A DNA stretch of 43,162 nucleotides from Tubiluchus corallicola (taxonomy: Eukaryota; Animalia; Priapulida): positions 1-43,162 of the forward strand of contig JAQGDQ010001389.1 of the NCBI GenBank assembly GCA_030141605.1. Reading direction: 5' to 3'. How positions within the stretch are numbered: the stretch's first letter is position 1; each line of letters opens with the position of its first letter. Under the pieces are notes generated by a model. That model saw only the letters and a list, made by a program, of their open reading frames with translations, was not told the DNA's origin and searched no databases. The position numbers were made by a program, and so were the translations under genes. This document shows, piece after piece, positions 1 to 11,615 of the stretch.

Positions 1-53
1 TCTCACTTGACACCTAGCACTCTAACGGTGACCAGTTAGAAAAGGCCGTTTAA

Positions 54-622
54 CCCCTTCATACCCGTTGTATCCCGTGGGATACGAGAATATTTTCTGC
101 CTTTAAAATTAATAAAAGTTTAAAAATGACAGTTATTTGATCTGTTAATAGTTATTTTGATTTAAGCCAATAACAAGAGACTAAAAATAGTGATAAAATG
201 GCAAACTAGAAAATCTACATAGCATAAAAAACTGCGCAAGGTACAGTACTTTACAGATGACTTTGTACAGATCAGCATAGCATGCATAATAAATGTCTTA
301 AATACTTTAAAAAATTATCAGCAGTTGCAAAATGAAGCACATTTTATGCTTCCATTGAATCCCAATGTATCCTGTGGGATAGAGGCTATATTTAGCACGC
401 TGGCACAGGTAGAAAAAAATAATTATTATGTGTAAACAAGATGGACATACTAAACAAAAGTACCAAGCCAAATTTTTTTGCACTTTTCTGTTTTCCACTG
501 TTATTTTGCATTTTAATAAGATATTCCACTTTCTGCATCAGTCGTTTATAAGTAAGGAATGTATTTCTTGTACAGGAATGTACATTGAAACGTGCAACAG
601 TTTAACAAGTATGGCTAGGTAA
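54..622. mobile_element. piggyBac-like MITE copy with a degenerate right end
   Basis: Starts TTAA-CCCCTTCATACCC; the first ~300 bp closely match 42634-42920; the right boundary is approximate. Confidence 0.65.
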
Positions 623-730
623 ATTGATTTAGGAGTGTGTGTTTTTATTTTCAAAATGATCTGCGTCAAAAACGCGTCCATATGATGGTGTTCCGAGCAA
701 TAACCATAATAGTTACTGAGTACTGATAAT

Positions 731-1138
731 TAGGGGTGAGCATTCTCTACCGGAAAGCGAATTCGAATCAAACCGAATTTGTGACTTTCGAATTCGAATC
801 GCACCGAACTTCAGTGTTTCGAATTCGAACCGAATTCGAATTGAGATCGAAAGATTTTCACACAAGTTTTCGAACCACCAGTAAAAATTAGTCTTACAAA
901 GATCATGCATATCACTAGATTTTGTTCTGTAATAAAACGACTAGTAATTTCTTTAAAATTGTGCACAGAAATCACAGCTAAATTACGCTAATTACATGAT
1001 GTTTCAATCGTTTTAGTGATAAAGAACATAATGTGATTGAAGTGCTGAATTATTCGATTCTATAGTTTTGGATTTGAATCGAGTTCGAACTAAAAAAACT
1101 CATTCGAATCGAATTCGAACGTTCAATGCTCACCCCTA
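731..1138. mobile_element. hAT-type MITE with TAGGGGTGAGCAT termini and TTCGAA-rich subtermini
   Basis: TIRs TAGGGGTGAGCATT...AATGCTCACCCCTA; 8-bp TSD CTGATAAT on both sides. Confidence 0.85.
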
Positions 1139-1380
1139 CTGATAATACAAGTTTGTTAATTGCATTACTGTTTCATCGAAACTTCTGAATGGTAAAAAAC
1201 AAAACTTTTGTTTTCATTTTGGTTGATTTTGATTTTGCGCTTGGGTTGTTTATGTTTTATATTTACTCTTACTTACATTACTACAAATGAATCTGCTGCA
1301 TAAATTTGCATAATCGTTATATCCATCTCAAACCTAATTATAAGTTAATTATTAACTTCATGGTGTTTTGCATAATTTAA

Positions 1381-1984
1381 AGGAAGACAGGATGAGTTTT
1401 CGTATACTACCCCATTTTCAAGTCCGATAAAAAGTACACATTTTAATTCGATTAATACTGCAAAAGCATTTGTGATATTTAACACACTTAATTAACGGCG
1501 GGCGAGGCCAACTGTTGATGACATCACAAACTAACGTAATTTTCAATAGCAAAAATATTCCATGAGCGTGTTGTGCGTGTTTGCAAAAGCAAAAATTGAA
1601 GTACAGTGCTAGTGTAAGATATTCAGTGTGTTGTACTAAAATTCGTCAAGTTTTAAGATAAAATTCAAATTTCAAATTTACTGCTGTATTTAAGCATGGA
1701 CCGTCGAGCGTGTGTAGTTCGTCACAAACTAACACATCTGAACTGAGAGTACATCACCTGTTTTTGTGCAACGCTTTTCCGAATGCAGGTGCTAGTGCCC
1801 GTTTAACTAACGAATGGCGAAATGCATGTAACAGCGAAGAGCTAGTGGCGCGAACGTGAAATTGTGTTTTTATGGAAACAATTCTTTCACGTAGGTCATT
1901 TTTGAAAAAAATAGAGTGTTTCCTTTCAATATTTTAAAGAGTGATTGTTTTGACCTACAGTTTAATATTGGGTTCAGTTTTGCT
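1381..1984. mobile_element. Kolobok-like MITE, family B
   Basis: TTAA-AGGAAGACAGGATGA...CAGTTTTGCT-TTAA; diverged similarity to 40298-40855 (e.g. ACATCACAAACTAAC). AG..CT ends with a TTAA target are typical of Kolobok. Confidence 0.6.
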
Positions 1985-2289
1985 TTAAATAGATTTAGTA
2001 ACAAAAGTTACGCTACTAAATCAGTAGTTCCTACATCGTGAAAGTGTGGCTGATTCGATAACTCTTGTTTTCGCCACCCATCTCATTTTCTAAGTTATTT
2101 ACAGCATTTATGTTACATGACACTGAATTGTGGATCTGTCATAGCATAAAATTTGCTTCCGATGGTACTTGATAAATGAGATTATGGCATTTAGTATTCA
2201 TCCAGAAAACAGTGAATTCTTACACAGCAGATAAGATAAGATAAGTTTTTTTATTTCCACACTGCACACATATATATATATATAATAAT

Positions 2290-2740
2290 CTTTATTTGCC
2301 ATTAAAATACATTGATAATCACTGATAAAAACTTTACAGAGATGATCAATCAGTGTTAGTTAATAAAAACTTACACTGCTAAAGACAAATGCGTCAGTGC
2401 AATCTAAACTACTGTGCAGTAATGGAAAGTAACGACGAATAAAATCAAACATATTTACAACTATGCACAAAAAAATGAAAAAAATTATGATTTAGTTAAT
2501 ATGGCCGTGGTTATATGAATTCTGAATTAGTGGGTATGTTCTCGTACTGGTGTGATGGTATTTCATATCTGGTTAATATTAGTGATTTTAATTTTGTTTT
2601 AAATGCCGATAGGGACTTGATTTGTTTAACCTGTAATGGTAGAGAATTCCAAAGTAGAGTTGCTTGTTTGATTACAGAGTTCGTTCCATAGTGGGTATTT
2701 GTCCTAATTTGTTTTAGATTGCTTGTTCTGGAAGTGCATC
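2290..2740 (-). mobile_element. 3' fragment of a CR1/L2-group non-LTR retrotransposon
   Basis: The minus strand reads TNTHYGTNSVIKQATLLWNSLPLQVKQIKSLSAFKTKLKSLIL, the WN.LP..K...SL..FK..LK ORF2 C-terminal signature, followed by a 3' UTR ending AATAAA plus a microsatellite. Confidence 0.75.
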
Positions 2741-3072
2741 TAACAATTATAATAAAAATACAGATAATTTCACTGAAGTAAATATAAATACAAATGCAAT
2801 ATAATCCAGAAGTTACAAAAAAGATTCTTATGCAGCATATACACATGCAGATTACGTTACAGAATAATTTTGATGCATACAGTTTGAGCATCATCATCAT
2901 CATCATCGTCCAGTGACATGATTCTGTTCACCTCCCTATGCCAGGACTCCCTGCTCGCCGCAGAAAGCATAGCTTAACAGGCAGTAGGAGACACCTTTTA
3001 GCAAACGACTAAGGTGTCTCTTATTACAGGACAAATGCGAATGAACTTTTATTTGTGCCTTCATTTATTAAG

Positions 3073-3480
3073 CAGGGTACCCACAGTCAGGAAAAATCCT
3101 AGAAAATCCTTGAAAATACGGGTTATCCTGGAAAGTCATGGAAAAGTCAGGGAAAAAGATAATTTGGTAAAAAGTCAGGGAAAATGATCATAATGGGTCG
3201 AAAAGTCAGGGAAGGGTTGCAGAATTAATCACAGTGAACCGATATTTTTCCAAACTTATTTTTCAGCTATTGATGTTGATAAAATAAAATTTTGCTATGG
3301 CGGACCTTCAGTTTCGATTTCTGTTCCAAAAGGAATGTTGGCAGACGCATTATATATGTGTGTGTGTGTGTGTGTGTAAATGTATGAATATGTATACTGG
3401 TAATGCAGTTTTTGCTGATCTTGGTCATGGAAAATCAATATTTGATCAGGGAAAAATTAGGGAAATTTATTTTAAAACTA
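3073..3480. mobile_element. hAT-like MITE (CAGGGT.CCCAC terminus), degraded
   Basis: Inverted, diverged homolog of 19786-20228 with GTCAGGGAAA subterminal repeats. Confidence 0.6.
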
Positions 3481-3549
3481 GATCGAGATCTTTCGTTTGA
3501 TGTATAGATCGCCGCAAATGGTGCCGTCGTTGAAGCTGTAGCCTCGAAT

Positions 3550-3551
<2 letters not shown>

Positions 3552-3591
<40 letters not shown>
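3552..3591. repeat. (TA)n microsatellite
   Basis: About 20 TA units. Confidence 0.95.
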
Positions 3592-3593
<2 letters not shown>

Positions 3594-3880
3594 AAGAGAA
3601 TTAATATATAGATTCTGTGTGATCTCTGTTAAGGTTTTTCATGTTGCTAATTAGTTTTCTACTGTATGCGATCGTCTTTTCAATGTTTGGTTTTTTCAAA
3701 ACTGTCTGAAGAAAGAATTTCACGTGTGTAATCCTTTACTGTATGTGACCAATAAACTTTCTGCATCTGCCCAACGAAAAAATATAAATTTTTAACTTTT
3801 AGCAGGTAGCAAGACGATAGTATTCTGTAAAAATGAGAAATTTTATGGCATTACGACATATTTTCGATAAAATTTTAAAG

Positions 3881-4384
3881 CAGGGATGTGCAAATTATCT
3901 GACTAACTGGGCCATATTAAACTTTCCCGCAATTCCTGCGAGCCACAGGCAGTTTGATCAAGGAATCAAGTACAGAAAGGCCTAATAACGATTTTTTTTG
4001 CATCCGACCTGCGTACATCATTATTACTACTACACTCAAGAAATTATTTTAGAAGTTATTAAAATTTATATTGCAAACCATATATTTCTACTTTCAGGAC
4101 AGATAGTGGTAATTTCATTACAATGTATATTAGTAATGTGTATCACACAGTCTGTGTAGTACAGCGACATTAAGCTACAACCGTCTTGTAAAGGTTAATG
4201 GCATCCGATCTAGTAAAAAAAACTACCCGCACTATCTTTGGGATCGTGGCACGGACTTCAGCTGGATACACTCAATTAATCGCCCGGGCCGCACTGTCAT
4301 TAGGTTGACAAATCTCTTCGCGGGCCGCACAAATTCTCTCGGCGGGCCGCAAGTGGCCCGCGGGCCACAATTTGCACACCCCTG
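3881..4384. mobile_element. hAT (Charlie/Buster-like) MITE, copy 1 of 4
   Basis: TIR CAGGG(G/A)TGTGCAAA...TTTGCACACCCCTG; 8-bp TSD TTTTAAAG; GCGGCCCGC subterminal motifs. Confidence 0.9.
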
Positions 4385-4829
4385 TTTTAAAGCCATGCTT
4401 GCTACAGAAGTTGAACGTTTTACTTAATTGTAAAGACTTTGAGCGAAAAAGAATCTCACAGTTGAGAGTTATTTGTGTCACAGTAATCACAACAATAAAT
4501 AAATGTATATTAAACTGATAAACAGATTACGTTCTGAATTAATATTAAAAACTAAGGCCCATCACTTGAACTTTGCATTTTCACAAATAAATCGAACCTT
4601 AACCTGCCCAAGCATTGTTACGGATTCCTAAATATCTACGAAATACGAAAAAAACTTTGTAGTCAATTTCTAGCCATAAATTGCCCAAGTTAATTTATAA
4701 AACTTTCTTTCTGTCGTCGGCCTTATATTTTTGTTCAGGCTTCCTAAATGCACTGATATTGGAGGTTTACCAAATGAAAAATGTTTCTTACGCAACGAAA
4801 AACTGAAATGAGATTTGAGCTCTTGTCGT

Positions 4830-5518
4830 GAAATTACATCTATTTCACAATTCAAACAAGAGCTCAAATCTCATTTAAGTTTTTCGTTGTGTAAGAAACA
4901 TTTTTCATTTGGTAAACCTCCAATTTCAGTGCATCATACGCGCATGAGAATCGCATTTTCTCAGCTAAACTATGACCTTTTCTCTAAAGGCTGTAAAGAT
5001 AATAACGGTCATCCAATATTGCCGAATTGTAACTGTGGATTTCGATTTGAGTCTGTTGAACACTTTTTGTTGCACTGCCCATTGTATCAACTAGCTAGGG
5101 TTGTTATGTTTGATAAATTAAATGAAATACTTCTGCCCGAAAACCTTAATATAGCTGCCTTAGGAAATAATGATCTGTTGAAGTTGTTATTATTCGGAAA
5201 AGATGAATTTAACTATGTTGCTAACTGTAAAATATTCCAATGCATACATGACTTTATATTACGTACTAAACGCTTCCAGTAGTTTCTATCTGATATGAAA
5301 TGCATCAGTCTTAAATATTCGTACATTAATATTTTCTAACCGTCATTTTCTACTAATGTCTAATGTAATCTTGTAGTAAAACTTGTCAGCTTGTGTAGTT
5401 ATAGTCTATTCTTACTGTAAATGTTCTTGTAAATAGTGTATAAAGTCTGTTGTGGTGAGGATCCTAAATCATGTTGTTCAAACTGTCTGATCTAATCCTA
5501 AATAAATTATGTTTAAAC

Positions 5519-5581
<63 letters not shown>

Positions 5582-5586
5582 GGGGG

Positions 5587-5617
<31 letters not shown>

Positions 5618-5660
5618 TTATGTTTAATAAATAAATAAATTATGTTTAAACTAAACTAAA
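4830..5660 (+). mobile_element. 5'-truncated non-LTR retrotransposon 3' end (CR1/L2-group, ORF2 C-terminus plus 3' UTR)
   Basis: ORF 4815-5282 has HTRMR...LN..LF...CNCG...ESVEHFLLHCPLY...LLFG...FILRTKRF (C-terminal zinc knuckle). The 3' UTR ends AATAAATTATGTTTAAACT with a (TAAAC) tail. Confidence 0.8.
5520..5617. repeat. (GA)n microsatellite with a G-run, inside the LINE tail
   Basis: Directly visible; flanked by duplicated TTATGTTTAA. Confidence 0.95.
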
Positions 5661-6307
5661 TGCAAATGATATATGATGTTGCTCAGTTAAAATGCCAATT
5701 TTTTATGTTTTTTATTCATAGGAAGAATGCTGCGCTTAGACTTCGAAGACTCTGTTGTTGCTTGTAAGAAGATGAGCGGCGGTGCGGGTGGTTTTCAAAC
5801 TTCTCTACTCAACTTCTGTCACGACTGAGCTTCGTTTTGTGTAATGATTATACATGAAGTCGTATGCAATAGTCATCATAGTTGGAAAATATCTTGTATG
5901 AGTGAAGAAAATTGATGAAATGCTCATGTGAAGGATTAAATTTCTGACATAGATTGTGCCAGTCACGTTTGAAAGAGCGTTCACTTGTTAAGAGATTAAA
6001 TTGTTCGTCTGACTGTACTAAATCAGTCATTGATTTGTCTTCATGACAGAGAATACTGTCATAACACATCCTTGCATGTGATGTAATCTGATTAATCCCT
6101 TTTGTTTGGTCTCAGGCTGCTCTTAGCAAATGATGCATGATTAGAATGATGTAAGTGGTCAGGTAAATTAAACTGAACTGCTAAACGCAGGTCTTCTGTA
6201 TCACCTGACATTCAAATCACTTATGTGCCTGTTTGGTCACAATTGACCTTTGGTCATTTCTATGGGGAGGGAATGTAAAGCCTTTGATGTGCATCTACTT
6301 TTAATGC

Positions 6308-9300
6308 ATGGAAAGCCATACAAATGACGCCGCTATCACCGCTTGTGAAAGACCAGTAGAAAGCGTGGAGTCGCGCGAAGCTATGCAGCCTTGTGCAGGT
6401 GACAGTGTTTTGTGTGGTGACGCACAGTCTTGTGCAAAGAACACTCATTTCTCTTCGAAAGTTGAGGCACAATGTTGTGCCGATGATGATGAAATACGGA
6501 GCGGTAACGAGTGCAGTATCAAGTGTGAATCCGTGGGTGGTGGTGGTGGTGGTGTACCGGTGTCAAGCAGTTTAGACAATGGTATATTGCAAGATGATGA
6601 AGGAAATCGTTCAGAATCAAGGTTCACTTGTGACGTTTGTGACACGTGGTTTCATAATTCTGGTGGCTTATCACAACACCTGCTGCTAGCCCATGAAACA
6701 AATCCCGCGGGTGCAATTGTTGTTCCAGCTTCTTATGATTTTGATTCTGCTGACAAAGAGGTAGACCTGAGACCAACAGCATTGGAAGAATCAGCAGTAG
6801 ATGATACTTGGTCTGCGAGTGGCAGCTGTGTTAAAGTCAACGCTGAAACTACTGAAGAGTTCAGGCATCGCCGTAAGTCATTTTCGGCGTCGTTTAATAT
6901 GGCGGCTCATGAAAAAAACTTCGGCGCATGCAGACGCAGGTGTGCAACGGTGCAAACATGTTTTGCCGAAAAACTGACACGTAAATACCGTAAACGTAAT
7001 AAGAGAAACAAACAAAAACGCTATTCTTGTCAGTATTGCGGTGTCAAAATGAGCGAATTCGGGAACATGAAGTCTCACATCAGAACACATACCGGGGAGA
7101 AGCCTTATAAATGTGATCAATGTGATGCCACTTTTGCGCAGCATTCTTCACTTAGATATCATTCGCGCACTCACACGGGCATAAAACCATATAAGTGCGA
7201 GTTTTGTGAAGCTGCATTTAAAGCACCGTCACATTTGGTTGTGCACAGAAGAAGTCACACACAGGAACGGCCGTATAAATGTGACATGTGTGAGAAAGCA
7301 TTTGCCTGCTCTTCTGGTTTGAAAAATCACAAGAAGACTCACGCAACGTCTAATGTGTTGGGACGTGAACAAATTTCTGCAACTGTGAAGAATTCTAGAA
7401 ATACTGACAACCTTCCAACTTCAGATCTGCAATCCTCGGTGTCCCCAGTACAAAAACCAGAGACAAAACAAAAACTTTACAAATGTGATAAATGTATAGC
7501 CGAATTTAAGTCACTTTTTGGTTTGGAATATCACGAAATCGAGACCCATAGTAGCAACTCACTGACTATCAGTTACACTAAGATGCCTGCCCAAAACTCG
7601 CTCTCCACGCAAAATGGGCAAGCTTGCGGAAACAGTGTCAGCTTGTGTGAAAATGCAGTTGGGCAATCTTGCGCTGTCGGTGTTGATGACGTTGAGCATT
7701 GCAAGAAGAGCAGCGCACCCGATGTCGTGCCATTATCATTATCAAGCACCTCGGAAAATAATTCTTCTGATACAGTATTCACTTGTGATGTTTGTAGCAC
7801 ATGGTTTCATGCTCAAGGTGACTTGCTACAGCACAAAGAGTTTGCTCACCAGTCAACTTCACCGTTTCCGTCAGACAGTGAGATGTTGGACGTTATTGAA
7901 ACAGTTCAGGCAAAACCAATAAGACAGGCCAACTCTACGACAGATGAAGTGTTGCCAAGCAAAGAAGCTTCCAGAAATGTGTTGCCAAGTAAAGAAGCTT
8001 CCAGAAATAGCACCAGAGTAGAAAATCAATGTAAAGTTTGTCTTAAGTTATTTCCTGCTTGGGTTGATATAATTTCTCACGAAGGTATGTGCACTGTTGA
8101 AGAACGTGTGGCAGAAAAATCACATTTAAAAAACGATTCAGTACCGAAGTCTAAAAATCCCAATGATGAGTCTAAACAAAAGCTTTATACATGTGAATAT
8201 TGCGATGTTAGCATGACTAACCATGCTGATCTGATAGGTCACATTAGAACACACTTAGGCGAAGGAAGGCCATATAAGTGTGGCCAGTGTGATGCCGCCT
8301 TTGCAGACCAATCCACACTTGTGCACCATGTACGCACTCATGCGAATGCCAAGCCTTACTCTTGTGAGGTTTGCAGTAGAGAGTTTATAAAAGCGTCGCA
8401 TCTGATTGTGCACAGACGCAGCCACATGCCAGAACAGCCACATAAATGTGACACGTGCGGAAAAAGGTTTGCATCACCCTCAGATCTAAAATGTCACTTG
8501 AAAACTCATGAAGAAGCTTGGAAAATCTGGAGCTCCCTGGCTGCTAGCCATTCAAAGACTGTTCAAGGTTCCCCTAGTTCAAGTCAGATCAAAAAATCCC
8601 AAAACAAAATTGTGCCCTCAAACCAAGACTTCGGCAAAGAGACGTCCGAGTCACAGAGAAAAACTTACAAGTGTAGTACATGTGCGGTGGAGTTTAAATA
8701 TTTACAGTGTTTGAAAAATCATGTGAGAGAAAACCACCCTAGTGAGTCAGCCTCAAATTTGTCACCAAGAAATATAGATTCCAGTCAGAACATGCAACCT
8801 TGTGCAGCTAATGACTCAAATAGGCCCGCTGCTGATTGTGATGCACCATCTTATGCTACAAATGTTGGCTTACCTGCAAATGCGCTATCTAACACAAGTG
8901 CAAAAAATGCAATCTTGCATAGTGACGGTGACGTCGATAGAAAGCTAACGTATTCAAATGAGTCCGCGCTGGATAACCCAATAACACTCAAGACTCCTAG
9001 TCCAACTCATGCCAGCGAGGCAACTGTTCAATGTAGACATTGTCACAGGCCTTTCTCAGCCTCATTTAACGTGAAAGCACACGAAAAGAACTGCGCTCTC
9101 AGGCATTCGTCAATACACTTCACTGGCAAGTTGAAACGGAAGTACACAAAGCACAAAGAGAGACCCGAACGGAAACCATACACTTGTCAGTATTGTGGTG
9201 TGTGTATGACTGATCCCACAAACATGAAAGTACACATCAGAACTCACACGGGCGAAAAACCTTATAAATGTGAGAATTGTGTTGCCTCTTTTGCACAGCA

Positions 9301-10855
9301 TTCCTCACTTATGTATCACTCCCGCACTCATACTGGAGTCAAACCATATATGTGTGAATTTTGTGACACTGCATTTAAAACGTCGTCCCATTTGATTGTT
9401 CACAGAAGAGCCCACACGCAGGAGAAACCATATAAGTGTGACATATGTCCAAAGGCTTTTGTCTGTTCATACACTTTGAAATCACACAAGAAAACTCACA
9501 CGAATCAAAGTAGTTTGAGGAAAATTAGTAGCAGTTCACCTGGAAAAAGTGCGAAAAAGATTTGGAGTTACCCAACTCCGAGTAACACCATTAAACAAAG
9601 TGTGGCTAGTCAAAAATCGGACCAGAACCGAAAGTGCTATGAGTGTGACAAATGTGGTGCCAAATTTAAATCACGATTAGGCTTTGAAAACCATGATCTA
9701 GAGAATCATCCTGTCAACTCATCTTTCAGCCACGTTGGAAACTTAGAACTTAGTCAAAATGTGCAATCTTGCGCATCTGATAACTTGTTTAAACGTGAAA
9801 ACGAAGGTGCAAAAATGACTACCTCACACGTGCAACGCATGTCCAGCGGAACGACAGACGTTGATTTATGTAATACATCACATCCTAGCACCAGCGCTAT
9901 GCAGTCCTCATTTAACAGTGGCAGGGACCGACTTTCTGAGTCGGAGATTACCTGTATACACTGCAGCACACGGTTCTATAATCACGATGACTTAGCAAAA
10001 CACGTGATGATTGTTCACCAGTCTGGCTCTTCACTGGCTTCCGTAATTGACGATTTGGGTAATTTAGAAACGCTCGAGGAGGTGGACAGGAAGCCAATAG
10101 TGCTAGGAGACTACGCAATAGATGAAGCAGTCTTTTCCATGTCAGCTGACTACAACGAACGTAGCGACATAGCGAATCAGTGCAATTACTGCTACAAGTC
10201 TTTCCCGGTCTGGTACGACTTGGCGGGCCACGAGAAACTGTGCGCAACGTACAGTCAGACACCGCTCACATCGAATTTCACTAGCCCGTTTAGACGCAAG
10301 TATCAAAAGCGTAAAGCAAAGCGTTCGAAGGAAACTCGCTATACGTGCGAGTATTGTGGCTTGAGCATGACAGACTACTCGAATCTCAAGACTCACATAA
10401 GGACTCACACTGGAGAAAAACCTTATAAATGTACCTACGGTCAGTGCACCGCTGCTTTTGCACAACATTCTTCTTTTAAGTATCATCTGCGCACTCATAC
10501 AGGAGTCAAACCTTACAAGTGTGAGTTTTGTGGCAAATCTTTTTCCACATCCTCGCACCTGCATGTACACCGAAGAGGCCACACGCAGGAAAGGCCATAT
10601 CAGTGTGAGAGATGCGTGAAACGATTTACCACCTCTTCCGGTTTAAAATATCACACGAGAACGCACACGAATGAGCGACTTTACAAATGCGACCAGTGTA
10701 ACTCGGCATTTTATAAGCCATACACGCTGAAGATTCACAAGCGTACGCATACGGGTGAGCGGCCTTACACTTGTGAGATGTGCAGTAAAACGTTCACACA
10801 AAAGTGTGTACTGAAGGATCATGCATTGAGAATTCACTCTACTAAACTTGCATAA
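6308..10855 (+). CDS. Multi-cluster C2H2 zinc-finger protein (1515 aa; ~24 C2H2 fingers plus C2HC-like fingers), single coding exon
   Basis: Uninterrupted 4.5-kb ORF with repeated Y.C..C...F.....L..H.R.H fingers and TGEKPY linkers. No KRAB, BTB or SCAN domain recognised. Confidence 0.93.
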   Translation: MESHTNDAAITACERPVESVESREAMQPCAGDSVLCGDAQSCAKNTHFSSKVEAQCCADDDEIRSGNECSIKCESVGGGGGGVPVSSSLDNGILQDDEGNRSESRFTCDVCDTWFHNSGGLSQHLLLAHETNPAGAIVVPASYDFDSADKEVDLRPTALEESAVDDTWSASGSCVKVNAETTEEFRHRRKSFSASFNMAAHEKNFGACRRRCATVQTCFAEKLTRKYRKRNKRNKQKRYSCQYCGVKMSEFGNMKSHIRTHTGEKPYKCDQCDATFAQHSSLRYHSRTHTGIKPYKCEFCEAAFKAPSHLVVHRRSHTQERPYKCDMCEKAFACSSGLKNHKKTHATSNVLGREQISATVKNSRNTDNLPTSDLQSSVSPVQKPETKQKLYKCDKCIAEFKSLFGLEYHEIETHSSNSLTISYTKMPAQNSLSTQNGQACGNSVSLCENAVGQSCAVGVDDVEHCKKSSAPDVVPLSLSSTSENNSSDTVFTCDVCSTWFHAQGDLLQHKEFAHQSTSPFPSDSEMLDVIETVQAKPIRQANSTTDEVLPSKEASRNVLPSKEASRNSTRVENQCKVCLKLFPAWVDIISHEGMCTVEERVAEKSHLKNDSVPKSKNPNDESKQKLYTCEYCDVSMTNHADLIGHIRTHLGEGRPYKCGQCDAAFADQSTLVHHVRTHANAKPYSCEVCSREFIKASHLIVHRRSHMPEQPHKCDTCGKRFASPSDLKCHLKTHEEAWKIWSSLAASHSKTVQGSPSSSQIKKSQNKIVPSNQDFGKETSESQRKTYKCSTCAVEFKYLQCLKNHVRENHPSESASNLSPRNIDSSQNMQPCAANDSNRPAADCDAPSYATNVGLPANALSNTSAKNAILHSDGDVDRKLTYSNESALDNPITLKTPSPTHASEATVQCRHCHRPFSASFNVKAHEKNCALRHSSIHFTGKLKRKYTKHKERPERKPYTCQYCGVCMTDPTNMKVHIRTHTGEKPYKCENCVASFAQHSSLMYHSRTHTGVKPYMCEFCDTAFKTSSHLIVHRRAHTQEKPYKCDICPKAFVCSYTLKSHKKTHTNQSSLRKISSSSPGKSAKKIWSYPTPSNTIKQSVASQKSDQNRKCYECDKCGAKFKSRLGFENHDLENHPVNSSFSHVGNLELSQNVQSCASDNLFKRENEGAKMTTSHVQRMSSGTTDVDLCNTSHPSTSAMQSSFNSGRDRLSESEITCIHCSTRFYNHDDLAKHVMIVHQSGSSLASVIDDLGNLETLEEVDRKPIVLGDYAIDEAVFSMSADYNERSDIANQCNYCYKSFPVWYDLAGHEKLCATYSQTPLTSNFTSPFRRKYQKRKAKRSKETRYTCEYCGLSMTDYSNLKTHIRTHTGEKPYKCTYGQCTAAFAQHSSFKYHLRTHTGVKPYKCEFCGKSFSTSSHLHVHRRGHTQERPYQCERCVKRFTTSSGLKYHTRTHTNERLYKCDQCNSAFYKPYTLKIHKRTHTGERPYTCEMCSKTFTQKCVLKDHALRIHSTKLA

Positions 10856-11064
10856 CATTATAATGTAATTAGTCAAGTAATAGTTCTCTACCAGTTTTCT
10901 GTTGCTATTATGGTAAGTTATTAAAGTAAAATATTAAGCACAAAGCTTCCCTTTTTTATCCAACATTCTTCCATATACATAGTTCTGCAAGCGTGTTAGA
11001 ACAAGCACCGTCAAATTGCTACATGTAGATCACTACATACTGAATAGCCCTCTAACTTCTAGGT

Positions 11065-11615
11065 TGTTGTTGCTGGCATCCTTCTGTCTCGGAAGACAAT
11101 GGAGTGTGCGCCAAGAGAGTCAGTTACTGATAACATTGATGGAGCTGCAGCGTCGACTGTCTCTGAGCAGTGCGATCCTTAAACCACTGGATTGGCCTCT
11201 CCAGGGCGCACTCCTGGGCAAGGTGTATGGAGATCCTGAGTTGCCCAGACAACAGCAACCCCCTCTCTTCCTCCATGATGTAGTCCAAAGGAAAGCGGAG
11301 CGATACGTTTGGCACCAGGTTGGCTGCAGGAGCTGCCGGAGTCAGTGAGCATGTTACACTGGTCCGCCTTCGGGGCTCCACTCCTGATTTGGAAGGTTTA
11401 CTCCTCTACACATGGCCGTTGGGTCACTTGACCTCCTCCACCCTCTAGCTGTTGTGCAGCTCCTCCGCCTAGTGTCGAGATACAGTATGGGCATCCCGCA
11501 AGCCTACAGCACCTGGTATTCCTAGGGATCACCCATCCAAGTACTAACCAGGCTCTACGTTGCTTAACTTCGGTGATCAAACGAGAACCGGTGTTTTCAA
11601 CGTGACATGGCCGTC
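11065..11615 (-). mobile_element. 5S rRNA-derived SINE (SINE3 type), copy 1
   Basis: The reverse complement of 11500-11614 is a nearly full 5S rRNA (ACGGCCAT...GAAGTTAAGC...TTAGTACTTGGATGGGTGA...GCTGTAGGC). It is followed by a ~440-bp body and a (CAA)n tail; 11-bp TSD AACTTCTAGGT. Confidence 0.9.

Noticed and set aside
11016-11381. ORFs on both strands of the SINE body (also 20328-20667)
   Set aside because: Short, partly non-ATG starts, no recognisable domain; explained by GC-rich repeat sequence.
11500-11614. Functional 5S rRNA gene
   Set aside because: It lacks the first bases and the oligo-T terminator, is fused to a SINE body and is flanked by TSDs; copy 2 also has an internal T4 run.
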